Counted from the first letter of the stretch, positions 9,123 to 17,534 are shown. The stretch is DNA of 64,000 nucleotides from an uncultured Alphaproteobacteria bacterium (GCA_963818775.1 CAWFUF010000029.1:1918-65917); one strand, 5' to 3'. Numbers and translations are program-made. Notes: generated by a model from the sequence alone, not told the origin.

Positions 9123-9355
9123 GGCTTGGTTCGGCAAGGGCGCGGTTACCTTCCCAGGTGAGCAGAGCTGGCGTGCCCGTAACTTGTTTACGCCACCCCT
9201 CAATTTCCCGTATCATCGCGACCAGAGTGGCCCGTCGGTTGATGTCTGGGTCGCTGAGGATGAGTGGCTCGCAGGGTTACCCGGCAATCGAACTGAGCAA
9301 TTCGGCTGGTGGCAATTCCCTGGACACCGGTGACCGAGACACCAGGGAGGTGGCG

Positions 9356-9604
9356 ATGGACCGATCAGACATTGCGCGGGTCCAGGCTTACTTGCGCAAG
9401 ACGCTGGGCAGCGACCTGATCCATATCGACGTGCCTAAGAGTGCCAACGGTCCCGTTGAGCTGCGTGCGGGTCGGGAGTTTCTCGGAACGGTGCACCGAG
9501 ACGAAGAAGATGGGGAAATCTCATTTTCTGTGCACATGACGATTCTCGAGGAAGATCTCCCCGCTGCTGCTCCGCCAACCGTATCTGGGGTCAAGCGACG
9601 GTGA
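9356..9604 (+). CDS. DUF3126-like small protein
   Basis: MDRSDIARVQAYLRKTLGSDLIHIDVPKSANGPVELRAGREFLGTVHRDEEDGEISFSVHM. GGGAGG RBS lies 5 nt upstream. Confidence 0.7.
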   Translation: MDRSDIARVQAYLRKTLGSDLIHIDVPKSANGPVELRAGREFLGTVHRDEEDGEISFSVHMTILEEDLPAAAPPTVSGVKRR

Positions 9605-9609
9605 CAGCG

Positions 9610-9981
9610 TCACTGGGCAGCGTACGCTACCAGTTGCAGCAACTTTTCGAAATCGATGGGCTTCGACAGCACGTCTAGCGCACCTAGGTCGCGGGCCTCC
9701 GCAGCAACACGGGCGTCTGGCAATCCGGTCACCAGCAGTGATGGGATCGAGTGGCCGCCGGAATCCAGCGCCCGCAACAAATCCAGCCCGGTCATCTCCG
9801 GCATTTTCTGGTCCACGACCAGGCATGTCACTTCGCCCAGTTCGGGATCATCAAGCAGCTGCCGACCGGAGGTATAGGTTTTGACTGTATGGCCAGCCAA
9901 TTCCAGCAAAGCGTCGAGCACATCGCGCACGTCCCCATCATCATCGACAATAGCGACTATGTTCGAATTTTCTGTGGGCAC
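9610..9981 (-). CDS. single-domain response regulator (FixJ-receiver-like)
   Basis: 123 aa, GTG start. DDD acidic pocket, VVDQKMPEMTG phospho-acceptor context, LLVTG and SKP. There is no output domain. Confidence 0.85.
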   Translation of the reverse strand: MPTENSNIVAIVDDDGDVRDVLDALLELAGHTVKTYTSGRQLLDDPELGEVTCLVVDQKMPEMTGLDLLRALDSGGHSIPSLLVTGLPDARVAAEARDLGALDVLSKPIDFEKLLQLVAYAAQ

Positions 9982-10212
9982 GTGAGGGCCAATTCCTGAA
10001 AATCTCGCAGCTATACTGACGGCGTACGATACAGCCGCAAGACAAACCGCGCGGGCTCACGCTGTATTGTGGCGCCGGTATTCCAATGGCAATAACCCGC
10101 AGCAAATTTATGATGAGATAGAGATCCCGCATTCCGTTCCTGACGCAAGCGTGACGATATCTGTGATCACGATCTCGCGGGGCTCGGCAACCTGAATAGT
10201 TCTGGTCATCTA

Positions 10213-10289
10213 TGGCGCGCCCTGGTGGATTCGAACCACCGACCCACAGCTTAGAAGGCTGTTGCTCTATCCAACTGAGCTAAGGGCGC
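10213..10289 (-). tRNA. tRNA-Arg (anticodon TCT)
   Basis: The reverse complement GCGCCCTTAGCTCAGTTGGATAGAGCAACAGCCTTCTAAGCTGTGGGTCGGTGGTTCGAATCCACCAGGGCGCGCCA folds as a cloverleaf. It has a 7-bp acceptor stem, GGTTCGAATCC T-arm, anticodon loop CTTCTAA and an encoded CCA. Confidence 0.9.
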
Positions 10290-10551
10290 CCCGCAGGTTC
10301 GGCGTGTCCGGCAGGTTCTAACAGGTCGCTCCAATAGACCCGCCCGCCTTTTAGTGCCAGATTTGCGGGCTCGCCATTTGCCCGGTCGGCTGCACCCTTG
10401 CATCCATGACGCCGCCCCATGATCCTTGATCCGATGGCCAATCGGAGTCGCCGATCTGAATCATTGCCGCGGTCTCACGGGGGGTGCCATAGGCGCGCCC
10501 GATTGACTAACTGATGTCAACGCCTGCCACGCCAACGCCAAGGAGGGCTGC

Positions 10552-11841
10552 ATGTGGCGCTTCCTGCTGCCGGCCTTAGCCATGATGGGCGCAATGAGTG
10601 CGCTGATCTTCGGCGCTGTCGGCGACCTGTGGTTGTCGCCTGACCTGTCCAGCGGGGGAAGCGCCATCATCAGTCATGCGGAGCCGGAGCAGGCCGCTCC
10701 TGCCGCCCCCTCGCCCTCGCCCTCGCCGAAGGCGCCCTCACCCGTACCGATGGTGAGCGCTCCGACCTCGGCCATGCTAACTGAGGCTCAAGCCCGGGAC
10801 GCATTGCAACGTCAGATTGCCGATTTGCAACAACAAGCCACCTCGCTGCAGGGCGGGATCGCCGAACTGCAACGACAGGACGGCGCACTGCAGACCCAGA
10901 TCGCTCAACATAAGAAGCAGCTTGCACAACGCGCGGCGGACGCTTCGGCGGTTGCGGAACAGCAGACGACGCGCGACGCATTGCAGCGTCAGATTGCCGG
11001 TTTGCAGCGCCAGATCGTCGATCTGCAACGGCAGGATGGCTCGATACAGAGTGAGATCGCTCAGCACAGGCAGGAGCTCACGCAAGGTTCTCAGGACCTC
11101 GCGCAACGATCGCAGGATCTGGCCCGGAGCACCGAGGCGCTCACCCAGCAAACCCGTGACCTCGATGCTGTGCGCGCCGAAACGGACAGGCTTCGGCAGG
11201 GCATTGATAGGCTCCGTGAGCAGCGCCAGGCGGAGGAGGCAACACTGGCGCGAGAGAAGGCGCAGGAGCAACTGGCAGCGGTTACGGCGCCGCGACCCGC
11301 TCCACCGAAGCCCACACCTCGCACGGCGCAGCCCTTGCCCGTCCGGCAACCGACGCAGTCCACGCCAGGCCCACAGCCAAGCCAGCCGATGCCAGCCCCG
11401 CAGCCGGCCCAGCCCATGCCAACTCCTCAGCCGGCCCAGCTGATGCCCGCGCCGTCCGCGGCGCAGCAATTGCAGACTGCGCGCCAGTGGCTGTCAGCGG
11501 GACGGCCTGACGAGGCACGACGCATACTGGCGATGGTCCAAACCCAGATGGTGTTCCAGCCGGTCACACCGGACCAGCCATCAGCCAATGGCGGCAATCC
11601 CTCCGCGACCGACATCGGCGATGCTATCCGCTGGCTCGACATGGGGGCCAGCGGTCAGGCGATGCAGTCGATCACACGGGCGATCGGAAATGCGAACCCG
11701 CCGGCGAATGCGAACCTCGCCGGCAACGCGCGACCCGCGGGTGGACCTGTCCGCGCCTGGTCTGGCTATGCAGCAGATGCGCCGTCGGGCGCTGTCCCTC
11801 CACCGCCGCCGGGCTACTACAGAAGCGAATTTGACCGCTAG
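10552..11841 (+). CDS. membrane-anchored coiled-coil / proline-rich repeat protein (hypothetical)
   Basis: AGGAGG RBS, N-terminal TM (LLPALAMMGAMSALIFGAVG), Pro-rich linker, Gln-rich coiled coil with an internal duplication, PQPAQPM heptads and a C-terminal PPPPPGYY. Confidence 0.7.
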   Translation: MWRFLLPALAMMGAMSALIFGAVGDLWLSPDLSSGGSAIISHAEPEQAAPAAPSPSPSPKAPSPVPMVSAPTSAMLTEAQARDALQRQIADLQQQATSLQGGIAELQRQDGALQTQIAQHKKQLAQRAADASAVAEQQTTRDALQRQIAGLQRQIVDLQRQDGSIQSEIAQHRQELTQGSQDLAQRSQDLARSTEALTQQTRDLDAVRAETDRLRQGIDRLREQRQAEEATLAREKAQEQLAAVTAPRPAPPKPTPRTAQPLPVRQPTQSTPGPQPSQPMPAPQPAQPMPTPQPAQLMPAPSAAQQLQTARQWLSAGRPDEARRILAMVQTQMVFQPVTPDQPSANGGNPSATDIGDAIRWLDMGASGQAMQSITRAIGNANPPANANLAGNARPAGGPVRAWSGYAADAPSGAVPPPPPGYYRSEFDR

Positions 11842-11851
11842 GATGGCGGGT

Positions 11852-11877
11852 GGGCGGTTTAGAACCGCGCCGATTTT
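11852..11877 (+). terminator. intrinsic terminator candidate
   Basis: GGGCGGTT-TAG-AACCGC(G)CC stem followed by GATTTTG, starting 11 nt after the stop at 11841. Confidence 0.4.
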
Positions 11878-12431
11878 GCCTGCCGTCAAACGGAGGTTGA
11901 TGGGGGTCGCAACTCAGCAACCTGGCGTGGTGACCGCGCGAGATCGTGAGTTCACGACGCTGCGAGGCGCCCTGAAAAGCTCCTTGCTCGCCCCGCTGTC
12001 GCTGAGCTGTTCGGGCATTCAGATCTCGGCGAACATCGACGAAGAAATCGTTAATCATCAACGTTGTACGATATGCAACGCACCCCGCTTGGCGGCTGCG
12101 GTTTCACAGGTCGCCGATTGGCTCGGTATGGCAGCGATGGCAAACGTTGCGGTGTGACAAACCGTTATGACTTGTCATATCGTCGCAGCGTGAAATCTCT
12201 GTTGTCGGTAGGCGCGGAATTGATGCCTTTGGCACGATATTGCGATCATGAGCGAAACCCTCTTCGCTGTGTTCCTGCAACACTAGGCAGCACGCGCGCA
12301 GCTTCGTAATCCGTGCCGTAATCCTGAACCAATGTCCTCTGGAGATGTGGTCAATGATGGGCGTTACTCCTGGTTATTTCGCTCCGCCAAGGAAGGCCGA
12401 CTGCCGTGTCGCAACCGGGGGAAGTCTACCC

Positions 12432-13205
12432 ATGGCGCAAACGCGGGTACGCAACGTCCTCGCCGTGACCACTGCCGCCTGCGCCCTTGCCGCACTGTCT
12501 GCATGCAGTCCGGTGCCCGACCTGCCACCGGCGCCCCCGACACCGGCACCCGGAACAGGGTATGTCAGCAACCTCGAGCCGTATCGTATCCAGGTGGGCG
12601 ACGTGTTGGCCGTCCGGCTCATGCTGAACCCCGAGCTGAACGAGGAGGTCACGGTTCGCCCCGATGGCCGCGTTTCGACCACAGTCGCAAGGGACGAGCT
12701 TGCCTACGGTCGCACCGTGCCGGAGCTCGCCGGCGCCCTTACGCACGATTATTCGACCGACCTGCGCAACCCGCGTCTCACGGTTGTGGTGAAGTCATTC
12801 GCGCCGACGCGTATCTATGTCGGCGGCGAGGTCGCCACGCCCGGCGAGTTCATTACTGTGGGACCAAACCTCACGCTATCTCAGGCGATCGCGCGTGCCG
12901 GCGGCCTCAAGATATCGACCAGCGACGAGAACAAGGTGTTCATCATCCGCCGCGGACCCAACGATGTGCCGCAGCTCTTCTCGGTCCGCTTTCAGGACCT
13001 GATGTGGGGTAAAGATCCGACCGCCGATGTGCGGCTTGCACCGTATGATGTGGTGTACGTGCCGCGCAGCGGCATCGCGGAGGTCTACAAATTCGTCGAC
13101 CAATATCTGCTGCAATTCGTCCCGGTCAGCTGGGGCTTCTCCTATATCGTAGGCGGCGGCGGCGGCGGCGGCACGGTAGTGACTGCTCCCACAACAACCA
13201 AGTAG
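12432..13205 (+). CDS. outer-membrane polysaccharide export (OPX/Wza-like) lipoprotein
   Basis: Lipobox LSAC. Poly_export-like YRIQVGDVLAVRLMLNPELNEEVTVRPDGRVS and an SLBB-like RIYVGGEVATPGEF...LSQAIARAGGL. Start chosen at ATG 12432 after a GGGGGA RBS. Confidence 0.8.
   Translation: MAQTRVRNVLAVTTAACALAALSACSPVPDLPPAPPTPAPGTGYVSNLEPYRIQVGDVLAVRLMLNPELNEEVTVRPDGRVSTTVARDELAYGRTVPELAGALTHDYSTDLRNPRLTVVVKSFAPTRIYVGGEVATPGEFITVGPNLTLSQAIARAGGLKISTSDENKVFIIRRGPNDVPQLFSVRFQDLMWGKDPTADVRLAPYDVVYVPRSGIAEVYKFVDQYLLQFVPVSWGFSYIVGGGGGGGTVVTAPTTTK
13152..13172 (+). repeat. (GGC)7 trinucleotide repeat encoding Gly7 near the C-terminus of the OPX gene
   Basis: Seven consecutive GGC codons, read directly from the sequence. 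Confidence 0.9.
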
Positions 13206-13309
13206 GGGTAAGTGCAGGCTGCGGCGTGGCGGGGTCCTCCTGTCGCGCCCGCCGGCGGTCGTGAATTGCCGTGTGTGACGTGACGGTGCATCGCGCGTCA
13301 CACTTACAG

Positions 13310-15277
13310 CTATACATCCAGCTCCTCGACCGTCCGCGCGCGCTCCTGGATGAACGCGAACCGAAGCTCAGGGCGCCGCCCCATCAGGCTTTCCACCAAC
13401 TCCGCCGTCGCCGCCCGCTCGTCCGGCGCCGCCACAACCTTCAGCAGCGTGCGCTTTGCCGGGTCCATCGTGGTCTCCTTGAGTTGCGATGGCGGCATCT
13501 CCCCCAGCCCCTTGAAGCGGCTCACCTCCACCTTTGCGTTCGCCTTGAACTCGCGTTTCGTCTTCGCCTCGCGATCCGCGTCGTCCATCGCATAGACGGA
13601 CTTCGCGCCCTGTGTCAGCCGATACAGCGGGGGTTGCGCCAGATACACATGCCCGTGGCGCACCAGCTCCGGCAGCTCGCGATAGAAGAATGTCATGAGC
13701 AGTGACGCGATATGTGCCCCATCCACGTCGGCGTCGGTCATGATGATAACCCGTCCATAGCGCAACTTGGCACGGTCGAAGCGGTCGCCGACGCCGCAAC
13801 CTAGCGCCTCGATCAGATCCTTCAGCTCCTGGTTCTGCCTCAGCTTGTCCGCCGACGCGCTGGCCACGTTGAGGATCTTGCCGCGCAATGGCAGCACTGC
13901 CTGGGTCTCGCGGTTGCGCGCCTGCTTGGCCGAGCCGCCGGCCGAATCCCCCTCCACCAGAAAGATCTCAGTCTCGGCGGCGTTCTCCCGCGTGCAGTCG
14001 GTGAGCTTGCCCGGCAGTCGCAGCCGGCGCGTGGCCGACTTGCGTGCCGTGTCCTTTACCTCGCGCCGGCGCAGCCGCTCCTCCGCCCGCTCAATGACGA
14101 AGGCGAGCAGGTTGTCCGCCTGCGTCGGATCGCCTGCCAGCCAGTGGTCGAAGCGGTCACGCAGCGCGGTCTCCACCAGGCGCGAGGCCTCGGTGCTGGT
14201 GAGCTTCTCCTTGGTCTGGCCCTGAAATTGCGGCTCGCGCAGGAACACCGAGAGCTTGGCGGCGATCGGCCCGAGCAGGTCGTCGGCCACCACCTGGGCT
14301 GTTCGGCGATTGCCACGCTGCTCGCCCCAAGCCCGCAGCCCTTTCAGCAAAGCAGTGCGAAACCCAGCCTCGTGCGTGCCTCCCTGCGTCGTCGGAATTG
14401 TGTTGCAATACGAGTGGACAAACCCCTCGCCTTCCTCCAGCCAGGCCGCAGCCCATTCCATCCGGCCGGCGCCACTTGGCAGGTCCGCCTCGCCTGACCA
14501 AGGCTGCGGCAGGACCCGGGACGCCTCGCCGATTTCCGCCTCCAGGCTGTCGCGCAGTCCGCCCGGAAAGTGCAGCACCGCCTCGGCTGGCGTATCGTCC
14601 TTGAGACCACGCAGCAGAGACGCATCGCACGCCCAGCGGATCTGCACGCCACGGAACAAATAGGCCTTCGAGCGGCACAGCCGATATAGCCGCGGGGGAC
14701 TGAACCCGACGCTGCCAAACACGGTCGGGTCAGGCTTGAAGCGGATCGAGGTTCCGCGCTTGTTGTGCACCGCGCCCGCGTTGACCAGCTTTGTGGTCGG
14801 CTTGCCGCGTGCATAGCTCTGCTTCCACAAGACACGGTCGCGCGCTACCTCCACCTGCATCGCCGCCGACAGCGCGTTCACCACCGAACTGCCGACGCCG
14901 TGCAGGCCACCGGACGTCGCATAGACCTTGCCGCCGAATTTGCCACCCGAATGCAGGGTCGTCAGGATAACTTCCAGTGCGCTGAGATTCTTGAATTTTG
15001 GATGCGGGTCCACCGGGATGCCGCGGCCATTGTCACGCACGGTCAGCCAGTTGTCCGGCTCCAGCGTCACCTCGATGAAGCTGGCATGGCCGGCGACCGC
15101 CTCGTCCATTGCATTATCGAGCAGTTCGGCAGCCAAATGGTGCAGCGCCGGCTCGTCGGTACCACCGATATACATGCCGGGCCGCCGCCGTACCGGTTCC
15201 AGTCCCTCCAGGACCTCGATGTCCTTGGCGGAATAGTCGGACCCTTTGCTCTGGTTGCCGCCAAACAGATCGTTCAT
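13310..15277 (-). CDS. parE: DNA topoisomerase IV subunit B
   Basis: 655 aa. GHKL ATPase N-terminus (VLEGLEPVRRRPGMYIGGT, LHHLAAELLDNAMDE), Toprim EIFLVEGDSAGGSAK and PLRGKILNV. The length fits ParE rather than GyrB (about 800 aa). Confidence 0.9.
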   Translation of the reverse strand: MNDLFGGNQSKGSDYSAKDIEVLEGLEPVRRRPGMYIGGTDEPALHHLAAELLDNAMDEAVAGHASFIEVTLEPDNWLTVRDNGRGIPVDPHPKFKNLSALEVILTTLHSGGKFGGKVYATSGGLHGVGSSVVNALSAAMQVEVARDRVLWKQSYARGKPTTKLVNAGAVHNKRGTSIRFKPDPTVFGSVGFSPPRLYRLCRSKAYLFRGVQIRWACDASLLRGLKDDTPAEAVLHFPGGLRDSLEAEIGEASRVLPQPWSGEADLPSGAGRMEWAAAWLEEGEGFVHSYCNTIPTTQGGTHEAGFRTALLKGLRAWGEQRGNRRTAQVVADDLLGPIAAKLSVFLREPQFQGQTKEKLTSTEASRLVETALRDRFDHWLAGDPTQADNLLAFVIERAEERLRRREVKDTARKSATRRLRLPGKLTDCTRENAAETEIFLVEGDSAGGSAKQARNRETQAVLPLRGKILNVASASADKLRQNQELKDLIEALGCGVGDRFDRAKLRYGRVIIMTDADVDGAHIASLLMTFFYRELPELVRHGHVYLAQPPLYRLTQGAKSVYAMDDADREAKTKREFKANAKVEVSRFKGLGEMPPSQLKETTMDPAKRTLLKVVAAPDERAATAELVESLMGRRPELRFAFIQERARTVEELDV

Positions 15278-15508
15278 GCTGTGTTCTCGTATCTCACGGC
15301 GGCACCCTACCCGGTCAGGGGGAGTCCGGGCAACGTCTCACGATAGTCGGCTCGCCTGGGCCGAAACCACGCAGGCCATCGCCGGATGTCGTCCTCCGGT
15401 GATACCTGCGTCGTCCCGCCGGGTGCGGCTCAAAACGCGCCGTCGTCCATTGCCTTTCGCCGCTGGGCTCCCAGCATGACTGCCACGACGGCAAAGCTCC
15501 GTCGTTGG

Positions 15509-16468
15509 CTAGGCGGAATCGTGCGGCGGGCGTCGGTCGGCACTGGCACTCCGCATGATCTCACTGAAGCCGAACAGCAGCATCAGAACACCAGATACCA
15601 CCTCGATTGCCGTCATGGCCCGCACCAGCATCGATGTCGGTGCGATATCGCCAACGCCGAGCGTGGTGATTGTCGCAACGCTGTAATACAGCGCATCGAC
15701 GAAGCTGATGCGCTCAGGCGTCGCATGCAGCGAGAACTGCGGCACCGGCGTCGTCAGATCGGCGATGCGGTAGAGGCATGCGAACACCACCACCAGCAGC
15801 CCATAGAATGTGACGAACGCCATCATCGGTCGCACCAGCCGATCGAGCCGTGCGGCGACCCCCTCAAACACCATGGCGACGTCGATCATCACCAGAATCA
15901 CGTCACGCACCGAGGCGACGACGAGCAGCGTGATCAGGGCCATTGCTGCCAGAAGAGCAAAGCCCTGCTCCTGTGCACCAAGTTCCAGCCGCGGCAGCGC
16001 GAACGACGCAGCGCCCACACCGAGCGCGGCCAGCAGCCAGCCCGTGACGCGCGGCAGATGATGAAGCTCGCGAATTCGGCGAGCGTGGATGATCGAGTAC
16101 ACCTGTCGTCGGCGCATGAAGCAGCCGCCGAGAAAGCCCAGAACCGGCATCGCCACGGCGCCAAGAGCGAAGCCGCGCGAAGCCGCGGGGAAGTTGGCGT
16201 CGCGAAAGAACTCGAACATGCATGCATAGATCGCCAGGAAGTTGGCGACCGTCATGCCGAAATGCGCGCCGCCGGAGAACAGTAGATAGAAGAAGCCGAA
16301 CCCGACTGCGCAGGTGACCAGCGATGACACCGCCGCCGTCCAATCGACTCCGATGGCGCCAGCGACGAGGCCGACCAGCAACAGGGTGAATCCGGTCGAA
16401 CGCAACCAGTGCCGATCGAAACCGACAGAGCGTCCGTGCGAACTGGCGCGGACCGGCTGCCGGGTCAC
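15509..16468 (-). CDS. K+ channel-family membrane protein with non-canonical filter (TTLGVGD)
   Basis: 319 aa, multiple TM segments. Pore-helix and filter read FVDALYYSVATITTLGVGDIAP. GTG start. Confidence 0.8.
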   Translation of the reverse strand: MTRQPVRASSHGRSVGFDRHWLRSTGFTLLLVGLVAGAIGVDWTAAVSSLVTCAVGFGFFYLLFSGGAHFGMTVANFLAIYACMFEFFRDANFPAASRGFALGAVAMPVLGFLGGCFMRRRQVYSIIHARRIRELHHLPRVTGWLLAALGVGAASFALPRLELGAQEQGFALLAAMALITLLVVASVRDVILVMIDVAMVFEGVAARLDRLVRPMMAFVTFYGLLVVVFACLYRIADLTTPVPQFSLHATPERISFVDALYYSVATITTLGVGDIAPTSMLVRAMTAIEVVSGVLMLLFGFSEIMRSASADRRPPHDSA

Positions 16469-16478
16469 GTGGCGTACT

Positions 16479-16904
16479 TCACCCGGCCGGCCGGGCGGTG
16501 GCCTGTGATCGCAGCGTCGCCAGTATCTCAGTCAGGATGTGGCGCTGCTCTTCCGCCGAGGCACGTTGTTCCTCTGCCTGCTCCCGCAAGCTTTCGGCCA
16601 CCCGCCGCGCCTCCTCAGTAGCCGTCCTAAGTTCTTCATTGGCCTGGCGCGCCAGTTCCATTTGCTCGCGAGCGCTCTCGGCGGCCGCCCTCGCCGCCTC
16701 AGCGGCTGCACGCGCAGCCTCGGCCGCTGCACGAATGGTTTCTGCCTGTTTGCGGACTTCCTCCGCCGTGATGCGCTGCTCCTCGGCAATCTGCCGCTCC
16801 TCCTCCGCCTCACAGCGAACCCGTTCGCGATTGTCGTGTTCATTCTCGCCAGGCGTCGCCGCCCTTCTCACCGGTGGCAGAATGTTCTGCTGCGCCCCAC
16901 TCAT
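16479..16904 (-). CDS. Ala/Glu/Arg-rich coiled-coil protein (hypothetical)
   Basis: The ORF is open to 16937. An internal ATG at 16904 has a GGAGG RBS 10 nt upstream. Sequence EEERQIAEEQRITAEEVRKQAETIRAAAEAARAAAEAARAAAESAREQ. It ends 10 nt before the channel gene. Confidence 0.55.
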   Translation of the reverse strand: MSGAQQNILPPVRRAATPGENEHDNRERVRCEAEEERQIAEEQRITAEEVRKQAETIRAAAEAARAAAEAARAAAESAREQMELARQANEELRTATEEARRVAESLREQAEEQRASAEEQRHILTEILATLRSQATARPAG

Positions 16905-16965
16905 TTCCGCCTGGCCTCCAACAACCCCTGGATGCATCGGCTACTCGCCGTTCAGCCATTCGGCA

Positions 16966-16979
16966 TTGATCTGGATCAG
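16966..16979. promoter_or_regulatory. FNR/FixK-type box candidate (TTGAT-CTGG-ATCAG)
   Basis: 13 of 14 positions match the TTGAT-N4-ATCAA dyad. The centre is 68.5 nt upstream of the ATG at 16904. Confidence 0.35.
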
Positions 16980-17071
16980 TTCATCGCGCGGCATCGCCTG
17001 GGTGCGCGCGTTACCTCGCTCTCCGTTAGGCGGCCGCCGTGCCCACCCCGCCCACCACCATGCATGCGCGC

Positions 17072-17096
17072 GAAACTCTACGTTGCTCGCCGCGTT
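17072..17096 (+). promoter_or_regulatory. EcfG-type promoter candidate
   Basis: GAAAC-N16-CGTT. CGTT ends 28 nt before the ATG at 17125. Confidence 0.3.
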
Positions 17097-17124
17097 CAGC
17101 CCGGAACAAGCGGAAGGAGCCACG

Positions 17125-17355
17125 ATGCGTCGCGCATGCTTGATCCTGAGCCTTCTCGCACTGGTTGGCTGCTCCTACAATTCAGATAAGCGCGCCATCA
17201 ACGGCGCCCTGATCGGTGGCGGCGCTGGAGCGGTAGCCGGCGCCTTGGCTGGAGGCGGGAAAGGAGCGCTGATCGGCGGTCCCGTCGGCGCCGTGGGTGG
17301 TGCTGCCGTAGGTGCTCTGACCACACCACACCCGTCCCTTTCCGCAACGCGGTGA
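17125..17355 (+). CDS. glycine-zipper small lipoprotein
   Basis: Lipobox LVGC, then GALIGGGAGAVAGALAGGGKGALIGGPVGAVGGAAVGAL. GGAAGGAG RBS. Confidence 0.75.
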   Translation: MRRACLILSLLALVGCSYNSDKRAINGALIGGGAGAVAGALAGGGKGALIGGPVGAVGGAAVGALTTPHPSLSATR

Positions 17356-17534
17356 CCCTTTCGTGCAGGGGCAGTCACCCGCGGGTCGAACCCGTCCAGG
17401 CATTCAGATCCATTACGCGTACGTGGCATGGAACGTGCACGGGAACATTACGGGCGCCAGTCGAAAGGTGCCAGTCCCGGCCATCGGCTGCCGCAACGGT
17501 GGCTGCCGCAACGGTAGTCATCGGAGAAAGATCT

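Noticed and set aside
9097-9333. A 78-aa ORF in the spacer before the DUF3126 gene.
   Set aside because: It has no RBS, mixed codon bias and no motif, and it overlaps the AT-rich hairpin. I cannot support it as coding.
10213-10289. tRNA-Arg as the anchor of an integrated genomic island.
   Set aside because: No integrase, no direct repeat of the tRNA 3' end and no phage or conjugation genes were found on either side within the window.
10503-10520. The palindrome TTGAC-N8-GTCAA 32 nt upstream of the coiled-coil gene, considered as a FixK/FNR box.
   Set aside because: The half-site spacing (TTGA-N10-TCAA) does not fit the TTGA-N6-TCAA class, so I keep it only as an unexplained dyad.
10795-11454. 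The DNA-level repeats in the coiled-coil gene, considered as a CRISPR or other non-coding array.
   Set aside because: The repeats are in-frame coding duplications (a 177-nt unit and 21-nt heptads) without a regular repeat-spacer architecture.
11588-12157. A 189-aa ORF spanning the end of the coiled-coil gene and the 590-bp spacer.
   Set aside because: It overlaps a better-supported gene out of frame. The spacer part has poor GC3 bias and a low-complexity Arg-rich translation.
13273-13303. The hairpin GTGTGACG...CGTCACAC between the convergent OPX and parE genes, considered as a bidirectional terminator.
   Set aside because: It has an 8-bp stem with a 15-nt loop and no U-tract on either strand, which is too weak to call.
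15386-16285. A 299-aa ORF antisense to the K+ channel gene.
   Set aside because: It is His/Arg/Asp/Gln-rich with no hydrophobic core pattern, and the channel strand has a clear pore signature.
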